DNA from: Ancylonema sp.
Lineage: Eukaryota
NCBI GenBank assembly: GCA_050230475.1
Contig: JBFLGF010000013.1
Location: forward strand, 62,001-123,748
DNA length: 61,748 nt
Direction of reading: 5' to 3'
The notes under the pieces are model-generated. The model searched no databases. It was not told the DNA's origin and saw only the letters and a program-made list of their open reading frames with translations. Numbering within the stretch: position 1 is the first letter of the stretch; each line of letters starts with the position of its first letter. Both the position numbers and the translations under genes were made by a program. Of this stretch, positions 1 to 11,872 are shown one piece after another.

Positions 1-104
1 CAGGTTTGAGGATCAGATTCAGGTTCATTGAACCTGATCAGTTGGGAGTGCCTGCTTGCATGTCCTCCCTAAAAGTTAGGCACCTCAAACTGTCTCATCC
101 TTAC

Positions 105-1956
105 CCGCTGACAGCAGCGATGATTGGTTTCTTCACTTCAAGAATTTCCGCCCACTGCGCCAGCAGCTTGCCCTTGTAAGCGGTCACGAAGTTCTCATCC
201 TTCATCTCCGCGATGTCAGCCCCTGCTGCAAACGCTTTCTCTGAACCAGTGATCACCATGGCACCCACCTGAGGAAGCACAGCGAGTAGGGAGAGATATG
301 CGAGTCATTCTGTCTCGTTTGCACCAAGACTGGCTTGAATCCGTACACTCCGTACAATCCGTACGGCTGTTTTTTTTCAGCGAGAATGCGTTCTTACACC
401 AGAGTTCTGACCTCGGGATTTTCGTCCCATGCCTCGAGCGTCGCCAGGACCTCTCGCATGGCTGTGTTGGAGAGGGCATTCAACCTAGGACCACACAGTG
501 TCAGCAGGCCCGCTCGACCGCCTCCTTCGTCCTCCATCATGTGCACCAGCTGGGATGACAGAGTTTGGAAGCTCACATCTGGCCATGACTCAGCCACGTA
601 ATGCACAGATGATCCGGACCCCTCACCACCCTCAGTCTCTTTGCTGGTGCTGAAATGGCTCCTGTGAGAAAGTGAGAAAAACTCATAGGGAAATGTGGTG
701 CGGATGAAGGTGCTGTGAATGCGGGCGCAGGTGGTGCTTGTAGAATGAGTGGTAGTGTGTTTGTAGTCTAATAATGGTGCTCCAATCATCACGTTACTAT
801 GTCGGAGGAAAGAGAAGGGGTGGAATACAGTGGTACATCGTGCCAGCGTGCGGACCGGTGGCCGTACCGTAGAGTAATTTACAATCTCACGCATACAGGT
901 GAAGTTACATGCGAAGCGCCTCAGAGCCATTGTGCTGTACCGTTATCATGTGTAGCATTCGGGGGAGGAAGCTGAGTCAGCCCTTGTATACATCATCAGA
1001 GGGGCTGCCTTAGGCTAATAAATAGTTCTCGGTGTAACGAGTAAGAGATACATTTCTGTTCTCTTTCCATTACCTCTTCCTCCAAGTAGACAACAAGTGC
1101 GCATAGGTGCTGTGGGCAATGACACACGGCATCAATTCAGCCATTCAGCTGCCAGGCTGGCTGGCTGGCAGGCTGCCAGGCTGGCGTGCCAAGTTGGCAA
1201 CTATAGAGTGGGATTTGTTAGCAGCAATCCAGGCGCAAATATTTACCGTGCTTCACCATACTGGATCAAAAAATTGCCGCCGAACGGGAAAACGATGGTA
1301 ATTTTCACCACTATAATGGCAACGAAATTACAGTTGAATGCAACGTACCTCTGTGACTGTAATCAAATTTGGTCGTAAAATTGCTGATCATATTAGCACG
1401 TGTAACTTCAGCTTTTCTTAATTATGTACGCAATACATATTGTGAAGCGTCCATCTAATGAACGTCCTTGTCGTGCTATATTCCATCGTGTGATGTTCTC
1501 ACGTGCGATTNAAGGACCACACAGTGTCAGCAGGCCCGCTCGACCGCCTCCTTCGTCCTCCATCATGTGCACCAGCTGGGATGACAGAGTTTGGAAGCTC
1601 ACATCTGGCCACGACTCAGCCACATAATGCACAGATGATCCGGACTCCTGACCACCCTCGGGCTCTTTGCTGGTGCTGAAATGGCTTATGTGAGAAAGTG
1701 AGAAAAACTCGTGGGAAAATATGGTGCGGATGAAGGTGCTGTGAATGCGGGCGCAGGTGTTGAATGTTGAATGAGTGGTATTGTGTTTGTAGTCTAATAA
1801 TGGTGCTCCAATCATCATGTTACTATTTCGGAGGAAAGAGGAAAGGTGGAATACAGTGGCACATCGTGCCAGCGTACGGGCCGGTGGCCGTGCCGTAGAG
1901 TAATTTACAATCTCACGCATGCAGGTGAAGTTACATGCGAAGCGCCTAAGAGCCAT
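105..1956 (-). CDS. Enoyl-CoA hydratase paralog A, 5' part only (exon 2 268-105; exon 1 present as 930-412 and as a divergent version 1956-1512); continues beyond the left edge
   Basis: Exon 2 reads [55 protein letters not shown] with GT/AG boundaries. It is highly similar to, but not identical with, the complete copy at 7514-9763. 457-1510 appears identical to 9290-10343 and ends at N1511. Confidence 0.8.
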
Positions 1957-2469
1957 TGTGCTGCACCGTTATCATGTGTAGCATTTGGGGGAGGAAGCTG
2001 AGTCAGGTCCTGGATACATCATCAGAGGTGCTGCCTGAGGCTAACAAATAATTCTCGGTGTAACGAGCAAGAGATACATTTCTGTTCTCTTTCCATGACC
2101 TCTTCCTCCTCCAAGAAAACCATAGGTGCTGTGGGCAATGACACACGGCATCAAGTCAGCCATTCAGCTGGCAGGCTGCCAGGCTGGCGTGCCAAGTTGG
2201 CAACTATAGAGCGGGATTTGTTAGCAGCAATCCAGGCGCAAATATTTACCGCACCACCACACTGGATCAAAAAAATGCCGCCGAACGGGAAAACGATGGT
2301 AAATTTGACCACCATAATTGCAACGAAGTTAAGTAGGATGCAACGTAAATCTGCGACTGTAATCAAATTTGGTGGTAAAATTGCTGATCATGTTACCACC
2401 AGTAACTCCAGTTTTTATAAATTATATACGCAATACATATTGTGAAGCGTCCATCTTATGAACGTCTTA

Positions 2470-2898
2470 CTCACCCATAACACACAATCGCACTTGGAGA
2501 ATGACAAAGCTCATGACCAAAAAAAAGCACATTCGCATCTCATACATCACCAGACACAAAATTGACAATTTGTTCAATTTCGTCAGAAAGTCTGAATGCT
2601 TATACTCTATTGCATATTGACATGCACATTTATTGCCCCATTGCGGCTAGCGTGGTCTTGTGTAGATAGTGGACAAGATCCCAAAAACAACTATTCTAGA
2701 CGCTCACACAAAGTCACGGATGCTGGGTATATCATGTGTCCCACTAACGACAATATTTTGCACCCCGAGCTGCCCGCCACAAACCAATATATTGACCGAA
2801 ATATTGTAACACGTGCATCTACCCCTTAGTATGAAAATCTTGAAGTGTACTTCCTCTTTATCAATGAAATGACGATACATTCATAATAACCAAACCGG
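2470..2898. repeat. Non-coding segment of the tandem duplication unit, paralogous to 17585-18023
   Basis: Collinear similarity from actcacccataacacacaatcgcac to aaaccgg with 17589-18023. Confidence 0.85.
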
Positions 2899-3992
2899 TG
2901 TCGTACCGTTTAGCATCGGGTCCATTCACACGTGTAACATATTCGATATTGAAATCATCGTTATAATGAGTGACTCGCACGTGCGAATTATGTGCCGTTG
3001 TATCACATCGAATGTATGATGTATCCCAACTTGGCCTAGTCGAGGCCCGCGCCACAAAAGTGCGCGATAACAATGAACACACTAGCACACGCCCGAAGCG
3101 AGTCTAGCACATGCTAAGATTTATTTCCTCCCTCCCCAAAGCTGAAGTAAGCTCCCGCGACATTCAACTTTGCACTCGGTGCACTAAGTGGCATGTGCGA
3201 AGCCGCCAAAAGGGGTAACCGCTCCTATATGACGTCCCGGACCTGAACATCAGGAAGGTCCCACCATCAATAGAGCACTCAAAGTTGACGTATGAGCATA
3301 CTCATTATGTACCAACTAAGGCCAATCAATTATACGCCCCCCCCTAAATGTGCACTTTGGTGGGTATAATGAATTGCATCATCCGAGAGGAGTGATAAGT
3401 GGGCCATGCAATCCAGAAATTGGAGTTGCCCTTCCCATAATATGTTTGAAATGGAATCAAAGCAATATTACCATGATTGTGAAAATCATGAAACTTAGAA
3501 GCATCCCCTATGTAAGGAGCCTCACGGATTTGCGGTATTAATAGCCAACAAGATACATGTGTATACATATTTCTCCCCAACTTGCCTCCAGTTCAGGCAT
3601 TGGGCTTGTACAAAATCCCACTCAACTCGGCCCAGTTTGTGCGGCGGCCGAAAGATGGGTTTGTCAGGTCGATTCTCAGTGGCTCCCTTGTAAAGGGTTC
3701 GATGTCATCTAGCGAGAAGGCGAAGCGATCCGTGTTGGAGTCGAGCATTGCCAGGACACGTAGCTGATCCTGTTCCTGTAGGCTTACGCCTATCTGAAAT
3801 TCCGGTGCCCCCTTCTTATCCCGCTGAGGGGGACCTGGCGCACTCCCCCCCTCACCCTCAGCTGCCAACACCCTAGGGTTTTGAGTGGACCCTGCAAGGA
3901 CCTCTGTGTGGACGCCATTGCGACGTCCACTCAACACTACCCTTACTCTTGATAATTGCTCAACTCAGACTCAAAACTCAACTCAACTCAGA
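2899..3992 (-). mobile_element. Element A: truncated member of the TGTCGT(A/G)C-terminated family, carrying a Ty3/gypsy pol relic
   Basis: Starts TGTCGTACC exactly where similarity to paralogous 18023 stops (after CCGG). 3120-3540 is homologous to 10520-10930, and 3822-3865 to 13922-13965. Minus-strand 3815-3585 gives APEFQIG...LAMLDSNTDRFAFSLDDIEPFTREPLRIDLT, then with a frameshift KPIFRPPHKLGRVEWDFVQAQC, resembling the region just before Ty3/gypsy RT. Ends at gap N3993. Confidence 0.7.
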
Positions 3993-4879
3993 NATTTGGG
4001 TGAAGCCATGCCGGGATTCCTGTTCTCACACATGCTCCCCGTACGGGTATCTGGTTCAGAATTGGCGCGGGAAGCATTGACGGATCGTGGGTACGCCGTG
4101 TTGGGCGGTTACCTGTCCCCTGTCAATGATGCATATGGCAAGAAGGTACAGGGGGGTGGGTCCCACCACCCCAGTCTCCGCGGAATGACCAAGGTTGATG
4201 TGGTTCATACTCCATGATTTCAGGATTGGAGTGGTACTGGGATTCCGTCAAAGGCATTCATTTAGGCATTGTGTCATCTGAAACCTCGCCCCCCCCCAAC
4301 CTACCCCCCCCTTGGGCTGCCCTCTCATCTTCCCCCTCGAGTTCAGATTCATGTTGTTTCATCGGTCGGCCTTTCTCAGGCCCCCATTTTGTCTCTCTCT
4401 CTCTCTCTCAGGGTTTGGCTGCTGCGGATCATCGAATCGCCATGTGCCACCTGGCAGTCCGTGACTCGCCCTTCCTCATGGTGGACACCTGGGAGGTGCA
4501 CACATCAGCCCCCCCCGCCGCAGCTAACACTGAGAGATACCCAAAAATGTTTCGAGGTCTTTAGGATTCTCCATTTCTGGTGGTTCATGGTTCAGGCCAG
4601 TCAGCCCACCTACCAGCGCACTCTCACTGTGGTGAAGAGGGTGGAGGAGGAAGTGAACGCAGCCCTCCAAGCTCCGGGGACAGGTGGGGTTCAGCAAGGG
4701 GGGTCGGGGGGGTAGAGGGGGGAAGGGTAGCTGACGTCATCATAAGCGAACGTCGAGTTATGCAGAGCGCGTGCGGGTTGTGTTGGTATGCGGGGCGGAT
4801 GTGCTCCACTCATTTGCGGTGCCAGGTGTCTGGATCCCGGAACAGGTGACAAAAGGTGCAAGTAAACTTGTACCTACAT

Positions 4880-4959
4880 GCATATGTATGTATGTACATA
4901 CATGTGTGTATACATATATATATATACATATATATATATATGCATATATATATATATGT

Positions 4960-4996
<37 letters not shown>

Positions 4997-5212
4997 TATA
5001 CACACATATATACATATATAGATATACATATACACACATATATATATGTATGTATATATACATATGTATATACATATGTGTGTATATATATACACATATA
5101 TATATGTATATATATATAAACATATGTTCATATATGTATATATATATAAACATATATAGATATATATGTAGACACATATATACATATACATATATATATA
5201 TATATATGTATA
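4880..5212. repeat. Compound (TA)n/(CA)/(TG) microsatellite in NMNAT intron
   Basis: Direct inspection. Confidence 0.95.
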
Positions 5213-6009
5213 TTCGCTTTATTTCTAAATCTCATCTGATGGCCTGAAAATAGATGTGAAGCCTTAGGAGAATGAAGGAGGGAAGCAAGTGGGATGATGG
5301 TGTGCAGACTTACGTCCCATTGTCCTGAGTGAGGGCCCAGTCCGGATTGCAGGTAGAGGAGTTGGTGAGAGAGTTTGGGGTTGTGTGCATATCGAGAAAC
5401 GGAAGCAATAGTCGGCACATAGTGACTAGCGATGACTTGCTCTACAAGCATCGGGTGAGAATCCAATTTCCACCCGAGCGCTGGAGGAGAGAGGTTCAAA
5501 TGTTGAGCCCGACTGTAGATGAGAGTATCAATTGCGAGTGGGCATCGGGCAACTGGCAGTGGAAATGCGGCATGTGACTATATCGTACTGCCCAGAGATA
5601 GAGATCCAGTTGGAAAAAATGGAAATCTTTTTTTTAACGTCCCATTCTATGTTCACCCAGGGTATATAAAATCAATAAACCGTATTGCAATCTACAAGGT
5701 CCCTATCGATAAGGTTCAATGTATTTATTGTAGCCTGATCCATGCGAAAAAACAATTAATTAATTGATCCCATCCATCCTTTTGGGAATTACTTACGGAT
5801 CTTTTTCTCTGGGTGGTACGGTCATGTATACTTTCTCGTCTCTTTATGACGTGCGTTTGACTTTTGGTGGTGTGTTGTTGACTCGTCCAGAACAGCATCG
5901 AGGTGGTGGACGAGTGGGTAACAAACGACATCAGCTCCTCCAAATTGAGGTGAAGGGAGCGGATCATGCTTTGGGTGTTATTCGGGAATGTTCAGACCAC
6001 ATCCTAGTC

Positions 6010-6168
6010 TTTATTTCTTTATTTCTTCATTTATTTATTTCTTCATTTATTTATTTCTTTATTTCCTTATTTCTTTATTTCCTTATTTCCTTATTTCCTT
6101 ATTTCCTTACTTCCTTACTTCCTTACTTCCTTACTTCCTTACTTCCTTACTTCCTTACTTCCTTACTT
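6010..6168. repeat. 8-bp (TTATTTCC/TTACTTCC)n tandem repeat in NMNAT intron
   Basis: Direct inspection. Confidence 0.9.
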
Positions 6169-7513
6169 GCTATCGCACTATGAGCTATTGAGTTTCACAT
6201 GTGATACTTACCTGTCCTTTCACTCGGTCGACACCGTTAACAATGTGAAGAGTTGGACCTAGAAATGAATCCATGACGACTCTATCCCAATGTCAGATTT
6301 CTAACATGTTGTTTGTTGTTTTTTGGGCTGGTTAGTACAGGCGGATGGTGAGGAGAGGACTGTCCATCCTTTACCTCACTCCCTCGGAGGTGGTTCGGTA
6401 CATATAAGAAAATAAGTTGTACAAATGACGAGACACGACCAGAATGCCTCTCTTTGGGCACGTTTTAGACCTTGACGGCTGAATATTTGTGGCGGTGCCG
6501 ATCTCCTACCGTCTTCTACTCACACTTGGCATATATGTATCTATTCGCGAGATCGGTCATTTCATACCGCACGTGTTTGTTACAACAATTGTCTCTCCGG
6601 ACTGACTTACTCCTTGGTCCACTTCGGTACACAACAATGAGTTTCTAGACAGTACATGACCCTTGTGTACATTTATCGATGTTCTTGACTCGCGAATCTA
6701 TGGCATACTATGTAGAGCCTGATTGGTAACATGCGGCGTGGTTGTGTTCTTAAAAAATTGTCTATAGCACCGATTTGACCCAACGTGATTCCCACGACCC
6801 TCGTTATTCAAGGTGTTAGTTAGGGAGCATTATGCAAACAGATTGCCCTCTCATGCTTTTTGAAAAATGTGGTATACAAATAAAGCGAGCGTGCACTCGT
6901 CATGCACAAAGCTGCACCTAAGATTCTAAAGTCGCTCTCTCAAATGTTTTATTAGGAATGGATTTCAGGTTTCACAGTAAAATCGCAATTCGGGGAGTAC
7001 CTCTACCTTTTCGGGACCTAGTATGGTGGCAACTCGACAGCACCATAGATAAGCATACATGCAACTTCATATGATCGAGCATTCACATATGTAAATGTAA
7101 ATCATATAATATGATACAATATAATATAATATGTGATTCCGTAATCAGGGAGCCGTTCATTTGCGCACGTACGTCAAAGATGATGCATCGAGCCATTGAC
7201 TGTTTAGTCTTTTTTCTAAGAGTTATTTACAAACGTTCCTGGGCTCATCATCTGAACCTATCATTCTTTTTGTTTCTAAATCCCTAACCCTCGATTGACC
7301 ACTAGTACACAACTTCAGCATGGAATCATACATAGACTCAATCTGTACACCAAATCATAAAATATGACTTTTGCTTACACTGTAATTTTTATTTTGCTCC
7401 ATGCTTTTGCTTGCATCATGCATTCAAAAAGTATCAAAAGTTGATGTGTCGCATGGGGGATTATTCACAAAGTCTCCGATTCACGCATGCATGTCTGCGC
7501 TCAAAATCGCATC

Positions 7514-9763
7514 TCAACAATTCCGAAACGCGGGTTTCCGTTTTTCCAAAAACGAGTTCATTCCCTCTTTCTGGTCGTCCAATCCGAACGCAGCGTGAAA
7601 AAGATTCCTCTCCCTTCCCAGGCCCTCCCTGAGACCCAATTCTTCCGCGGCAGAAATGGCCTCTTTTGCCATTGCCACCGCCGGCTGGGAGTGCGCAGAA
7701 ATCCGGCATGCCAGCGAGATGGCTTCTTCCAATAGGGCCTGCTGGCCGCCCGGCACCTGCCAGGTGGCGTTATACGACAGCAGGAACCAGGTCAGCCACG
7801 TGGTATCTACGGAAAACTGTCAAAGCTGTCATATGGCCTATGCTGAGTGGTGCCAGCTGGCGGCTGATGAGAGGAAAAAAATAGAAGTGAGCCAACCAAA
7901 AAAGGGACTGTCTGTATCGATACACCTGGAAGATCCTCCCATCCTCACTTTGCCTTCTCAGAAACTGGTGAAGTTTGGCACACCATCCACACATTTGTGA
8001 TCGCATTCTCAAAATCAAAGCATCTGTTCTGTGATCTTCTGTCATAAGTGAGCATACGTGGACATCCAAACATGCACATTGCATCGCACATAACAACAGT
8101 CGCACACATAATGAAATCTCCATATTCCAGATCAACAGATATCCATGTCAAATTCATTCTGACATACATTTATCTATGCATGTGGACGTGCCCTTCGTGT
8201 TCAGTGATGGATGAGTGGATGATAGATGATAGATGATAGATCACACCCAATATTTGTAGCAAAGAATATGCACAGAGCGCTTGGCCTCTATGTTGTCAGG
8301 TGCGCCTTCCCTTGGATATAACTCACAATCCTGCTGGCAAGACCGGATCGGACGGCTTCCCTGGCATCCATATTGAAGCTGCCCGACAAACTCATTTCCA
8401 TTGCCCGAGATTTTCCCACTGCCCGGATGAGCCGTTGAGTGCCCCCCATGCCAGGAAGCACCCCAAGATTTATTTCGGGTTGCCCGAAAATGGCATTGTC
8501 TCCAACCAGAATGATGTCGCACATCATGGCCAGCTCACACCCCCCTCCCAGAGCAAACCTGGTGTGCAAACGACGAGGGGCAGTGAGAACAGGGTTGCAT
8601 CACCACAGAATGTTCGGTGAGCTTCCTCGCCCAGATACTCACGGAATATCTACAAGTCGTCGCCCAATCCGCTTGTGAGGTCACGTGTGTGAATCGCATC
8701 ACGATCATTCCGCACAGGCAGAGTGGTGAGGGAATAGAGGCTGCTGATGCGTTTCTAACGATTTAAGACCAGATGGTTTGTTAATCCATACTGCTAAGGG
8801 CTGCTACTCGCGTTGTCGATGTCATTCCTAGTTTGGTACCTGGCCCTAGATCTGTTCAAGTTCAGGTTCAGGTTCGGGATCAGTTGGGAGTGCCTGCCTG
8901 CATGTTCTCCCTAAAATTTAGGGACCTTAAACTGTCTCATCCTTACCCGCTGACAGCAGCAATGATTGGTTTCTTCACTTCAAGAATTTCCGCCCACTGC
9001 GCCAGCAGCTTGCCCTTGTAAGCGGTCACAAAGTTCTCATCCTTCATTTCCGAAATATCAGCCCCTGCTGCAAACGCTTTCTCTGAACCAGTGATCACCA
9101 TGGCACCCACCTGAGGAACCACAGCGAGTACGGAGAGATAAGCGAGTCACTCTGTCTCGTTTGCATCAAAACTTGCATGAATCCGTACAATCCGTACGGC
9201 TGTTTTTTTTCAGCAAGAACGCGTTCTTGCTCCAGAGTTCTGACCTCGGGATTTTCGTCCCATGCCTCGAGCGTCCCCAGGACCTCTCTCATGGCTGTGT
9301 TGGAGAGGGCATTCAACCTAGGACCACACAGTGTCAGCAGGCCCGCTCGACCGCCTCCTTCGTCCTCCATCATGTGCACCAGCTGGGATGACAGAGTTTG
9401 GAAGCTCACATCTGGCCATGACTCAGCCACGTAATGCACAGATGATCCGGACCCCTCACCACCCTCAGTCTCTTTGCTGGTGCTGAAATGGCTCCTGTGA
9501 GAAAGTGAGAAAAACTCATAGGGAAATGTGGTGCGGATGAAGGTGCTGTGAATGCGGGCGCAGGTGGTGCTTGTAGAATGAGTGGTAGTGTGTTTGTAGT
9601 CTAATAATGGTGCTCCAATCATCACGTTACTATGTCGGAGGAAAGAGAAGGGGTGGAATACAGTGGTACATCGTGCCAGCGTGCGGACCGGTGGCCGTAC
9701 CGTAGAGTAATTTACAATCTCACGCATACAGGTGAAGTTACATGCGAAGCGCCTCAGAGCCAT
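7514..9763 (-). CDS. ECHS1: Short-chain enoyl-CoA hydratase (crotonase, ECHS1/PaaF-like) with long N-terminal organellar-targeting-like extension; exons 9763-9245, 9110-8947, 8558-8327, 7756-7514
   Basis: Motifs [53 protein letters not shown] and [15 protein letters not shown], with both catalytic Glu present. Intron phases are consistent and all introns are GT-AG. Confidence 0.92.
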
Positions 9764-10674
9764 TGTGCTGTACCGTTATCATGTGTAGCATTCGGGGGAG
9801 GAAGCTGAGTCAGCCCTTGTATACATCATCAGAGGGGCTGCCTTAGGCTAATAAATAGTTCTCGGTGTAACGAGTAAGAGATACATTTCTGTTCTCTTTC
9901 CATTACCTCTTCCTCCAAGTAGACAACAAGTGCGCATAGGTGCTGTGGGCAATGACACACGGCATCAATTCAGCCATTCAGCTGCCAGGCTGGCTGGCTG
10001 GCAGGCTGCCAGGCTGGCGTGCCAAGTTGGCAACTATAGAGTGGGATTTGTTAGCAGCAATCCAGGCGCAAATATTTACCGTGCTTCACCATACTGGATC
10101 AAAAAATTGCCGCCGAACGGGAAAACGATGGTAATTTTCACCACTATAATGGCAACGAAATTACAGTTGAATGCAACGTACCTCTGTGACTGTAATCAAA
10201 TTTGGTCGTAAAATTGCTGATCATATTAGCACGTGTAACTTCAGCTTTTCTTAATTATGTACGCAATACATATTGTGAAGCGTCCATCTAATGAACGTCC
10301 TTGTCGTGCTATATTCCATCGTGTGATGTTCTCACGTGCGATTAAGGATATATAACGAGCTTTGTCGTAATATGCATTCACACGTGCGAATTCCATGTGA
10401 ATCCCTTGTAATGGATGTACCCACATAGAGACGCGACCAAGCATTGGTCCAACACACATACGTGCGCGATAGCATACATCACTTGCAAGCATCTCGTATG
10501 CGTTTACAACGTGGCAAATATTATTTTCTCCCCCCCCCAAAGATGAGTCAAGCTCCCGCGCACTCAGCTTTGCACACTTTGCGATTGTGATGTGTGCAAA
10601 TCTTTGCCGGATAACTTCTTCACAATCCTTGATGATGGGCCTGAAACCACATGTAAAGAAATATCATCAATATA

Positions 10675-11520
10675 GTTTCTCAAATTTGTCAAATAAGCCA
10701 TGTGCTTCAAAATGAACAAATTTGGCCGATCATTTATCACCCTCTCCCCAAATGTGCACTTTGGTGTGGTATAAATATCGCATCATCCAACTAGGAGTGA
10801 TGTTGTGGGCCATGCAATCCATCCTGGAGTTACCCTTCCCGTGTGAACTTTTGGTGATCCAACAAGTTAAAACACCTTGTAATCATGTATTACGTAAGTG
10901 AATCCATTCCTTTGTCAGGAGCTCGAGTGATAATGTAAACTCATGACACCAACACAGTCGTTATGACTCTCACCACAAAGTGGCCGACCCGGATGGGTTT
11001 TAGAAGGATTTCTCCACGTTTATTATGTTCATTGGGCTCATGATTGACAATACCCCAAATCACAGCAACAAAATGGGAAGTTTGTACAGTAGTGATTGAG
11101 GCATGTCCTTGGTTTGGTGAGCTTGCCAGGAGAGGGTCATTGTTTTTCTCAAATTTGTCAAATAAGCCATATTCCATATGCTTCAGAATGAACAAAATTT
11201 GGCCGATCATTTATCACCCTCTACCCAAACGTGTACTTTGGTGTGGTATAAATATCGCATCATCCAACTAGGAGTGATGTTGTGGGCCATGCAATCCATC
11301 TTGGAGTTGCCCTTCCCGTGTGAAACATTGGATGATCCAAGAGGTTAAACACTTATAATGTTATACTTATGTGGATCCATTCTTGTTTTAGGAGCTCCGT
11401 TGGTAATGAGTTATTTATAGACTCAGGACACCAATACAGTCATCTTGACTCTCACCACAAAGTGGCCGACCCGGATGGGTTTTCTCCTGATACATTATGT
11501 TCATAGGGCTCATGATTGAG
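10675..11520. repeat. Two diverged ~470-bp tandem units inside element B
   Basis: tttctcaaatttgtcaaataagccat at ~10675 and ~11145, and ctcaccacaaagtggccgacccggatggg at ~10968 and ~11450. Confidence 0.85.
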
Positions 11521-11872
11521 AATATCCTACTTAAAGTAATAAATTGGGTGATACATTCCTTGCAATGCACCAAAGGCCCTCGGTTGTAGAGTTCAGCCTT
11601 GTTTTTAGAATGAGTAAGGGGGTAGTGAGCGATACATTCAGACCTGCTCGTCGCAGCGCGCGGCGTCACTCCCCTTCATCAACCACTGATGTGCGTTTCA
11701 GCCAGGCTTCATTCTCCGCAACTACTGTTGCAACGTCCGTTGTGTATTGTCGTTGCCAGCTACCAGCTCTGCTGCCAGGACTTGAAGGGCTGGAGGGTGA
11801 GGGTAGGTGCTAACACTGCAGTCAGCCGCTGCACATGTTGTTTGGCCTTAGGGAGATCGAAGCAAGGTAGGA

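Larger units (their letters stand above)
4060..6428 (+). pseudogene. NMNAT: Nicotinamide/nicotinate mononucleotide adenylyltransferase; 5' exon(s) missing and premature stop in last exon (exons 4060-4145, 4412-4495, 4596-4683, 4766-4845, 5353-5454, 5891-5949, 6341-6428)
   Basis: Spliced translation [131 protein letters not shown] matches NMNAT motifs. All introns are GT-AG. TAA at 6405-6407. Family identity is secure; pseudogene status is less so. Confidence 0.85.

Noticed and set aside
19..60. TTGAACCTGATCAG...TGCCTGC resembles the 3' half of a TPP riboswitch
   Set aside because: No upstream CTGAGA or downstream AGGGA, antisense within an ECH intron, part of a local palindrome (TCAGGTTCA-T-TGAACCTGA), and absent from the paralogous intron at ~8860.
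4758..5247. Overlapping ORFs rich in Y/I/H/C
   Set aside because: Translations of a TA microsatellite; the same applies to 26265-26954.
10780..11480. IRVGHFVV and GQLQDGLHGP peptides as integrase GPY/F tail
   Set aside because: Too degenerate (stops, frameshifts) to support without a profile search.
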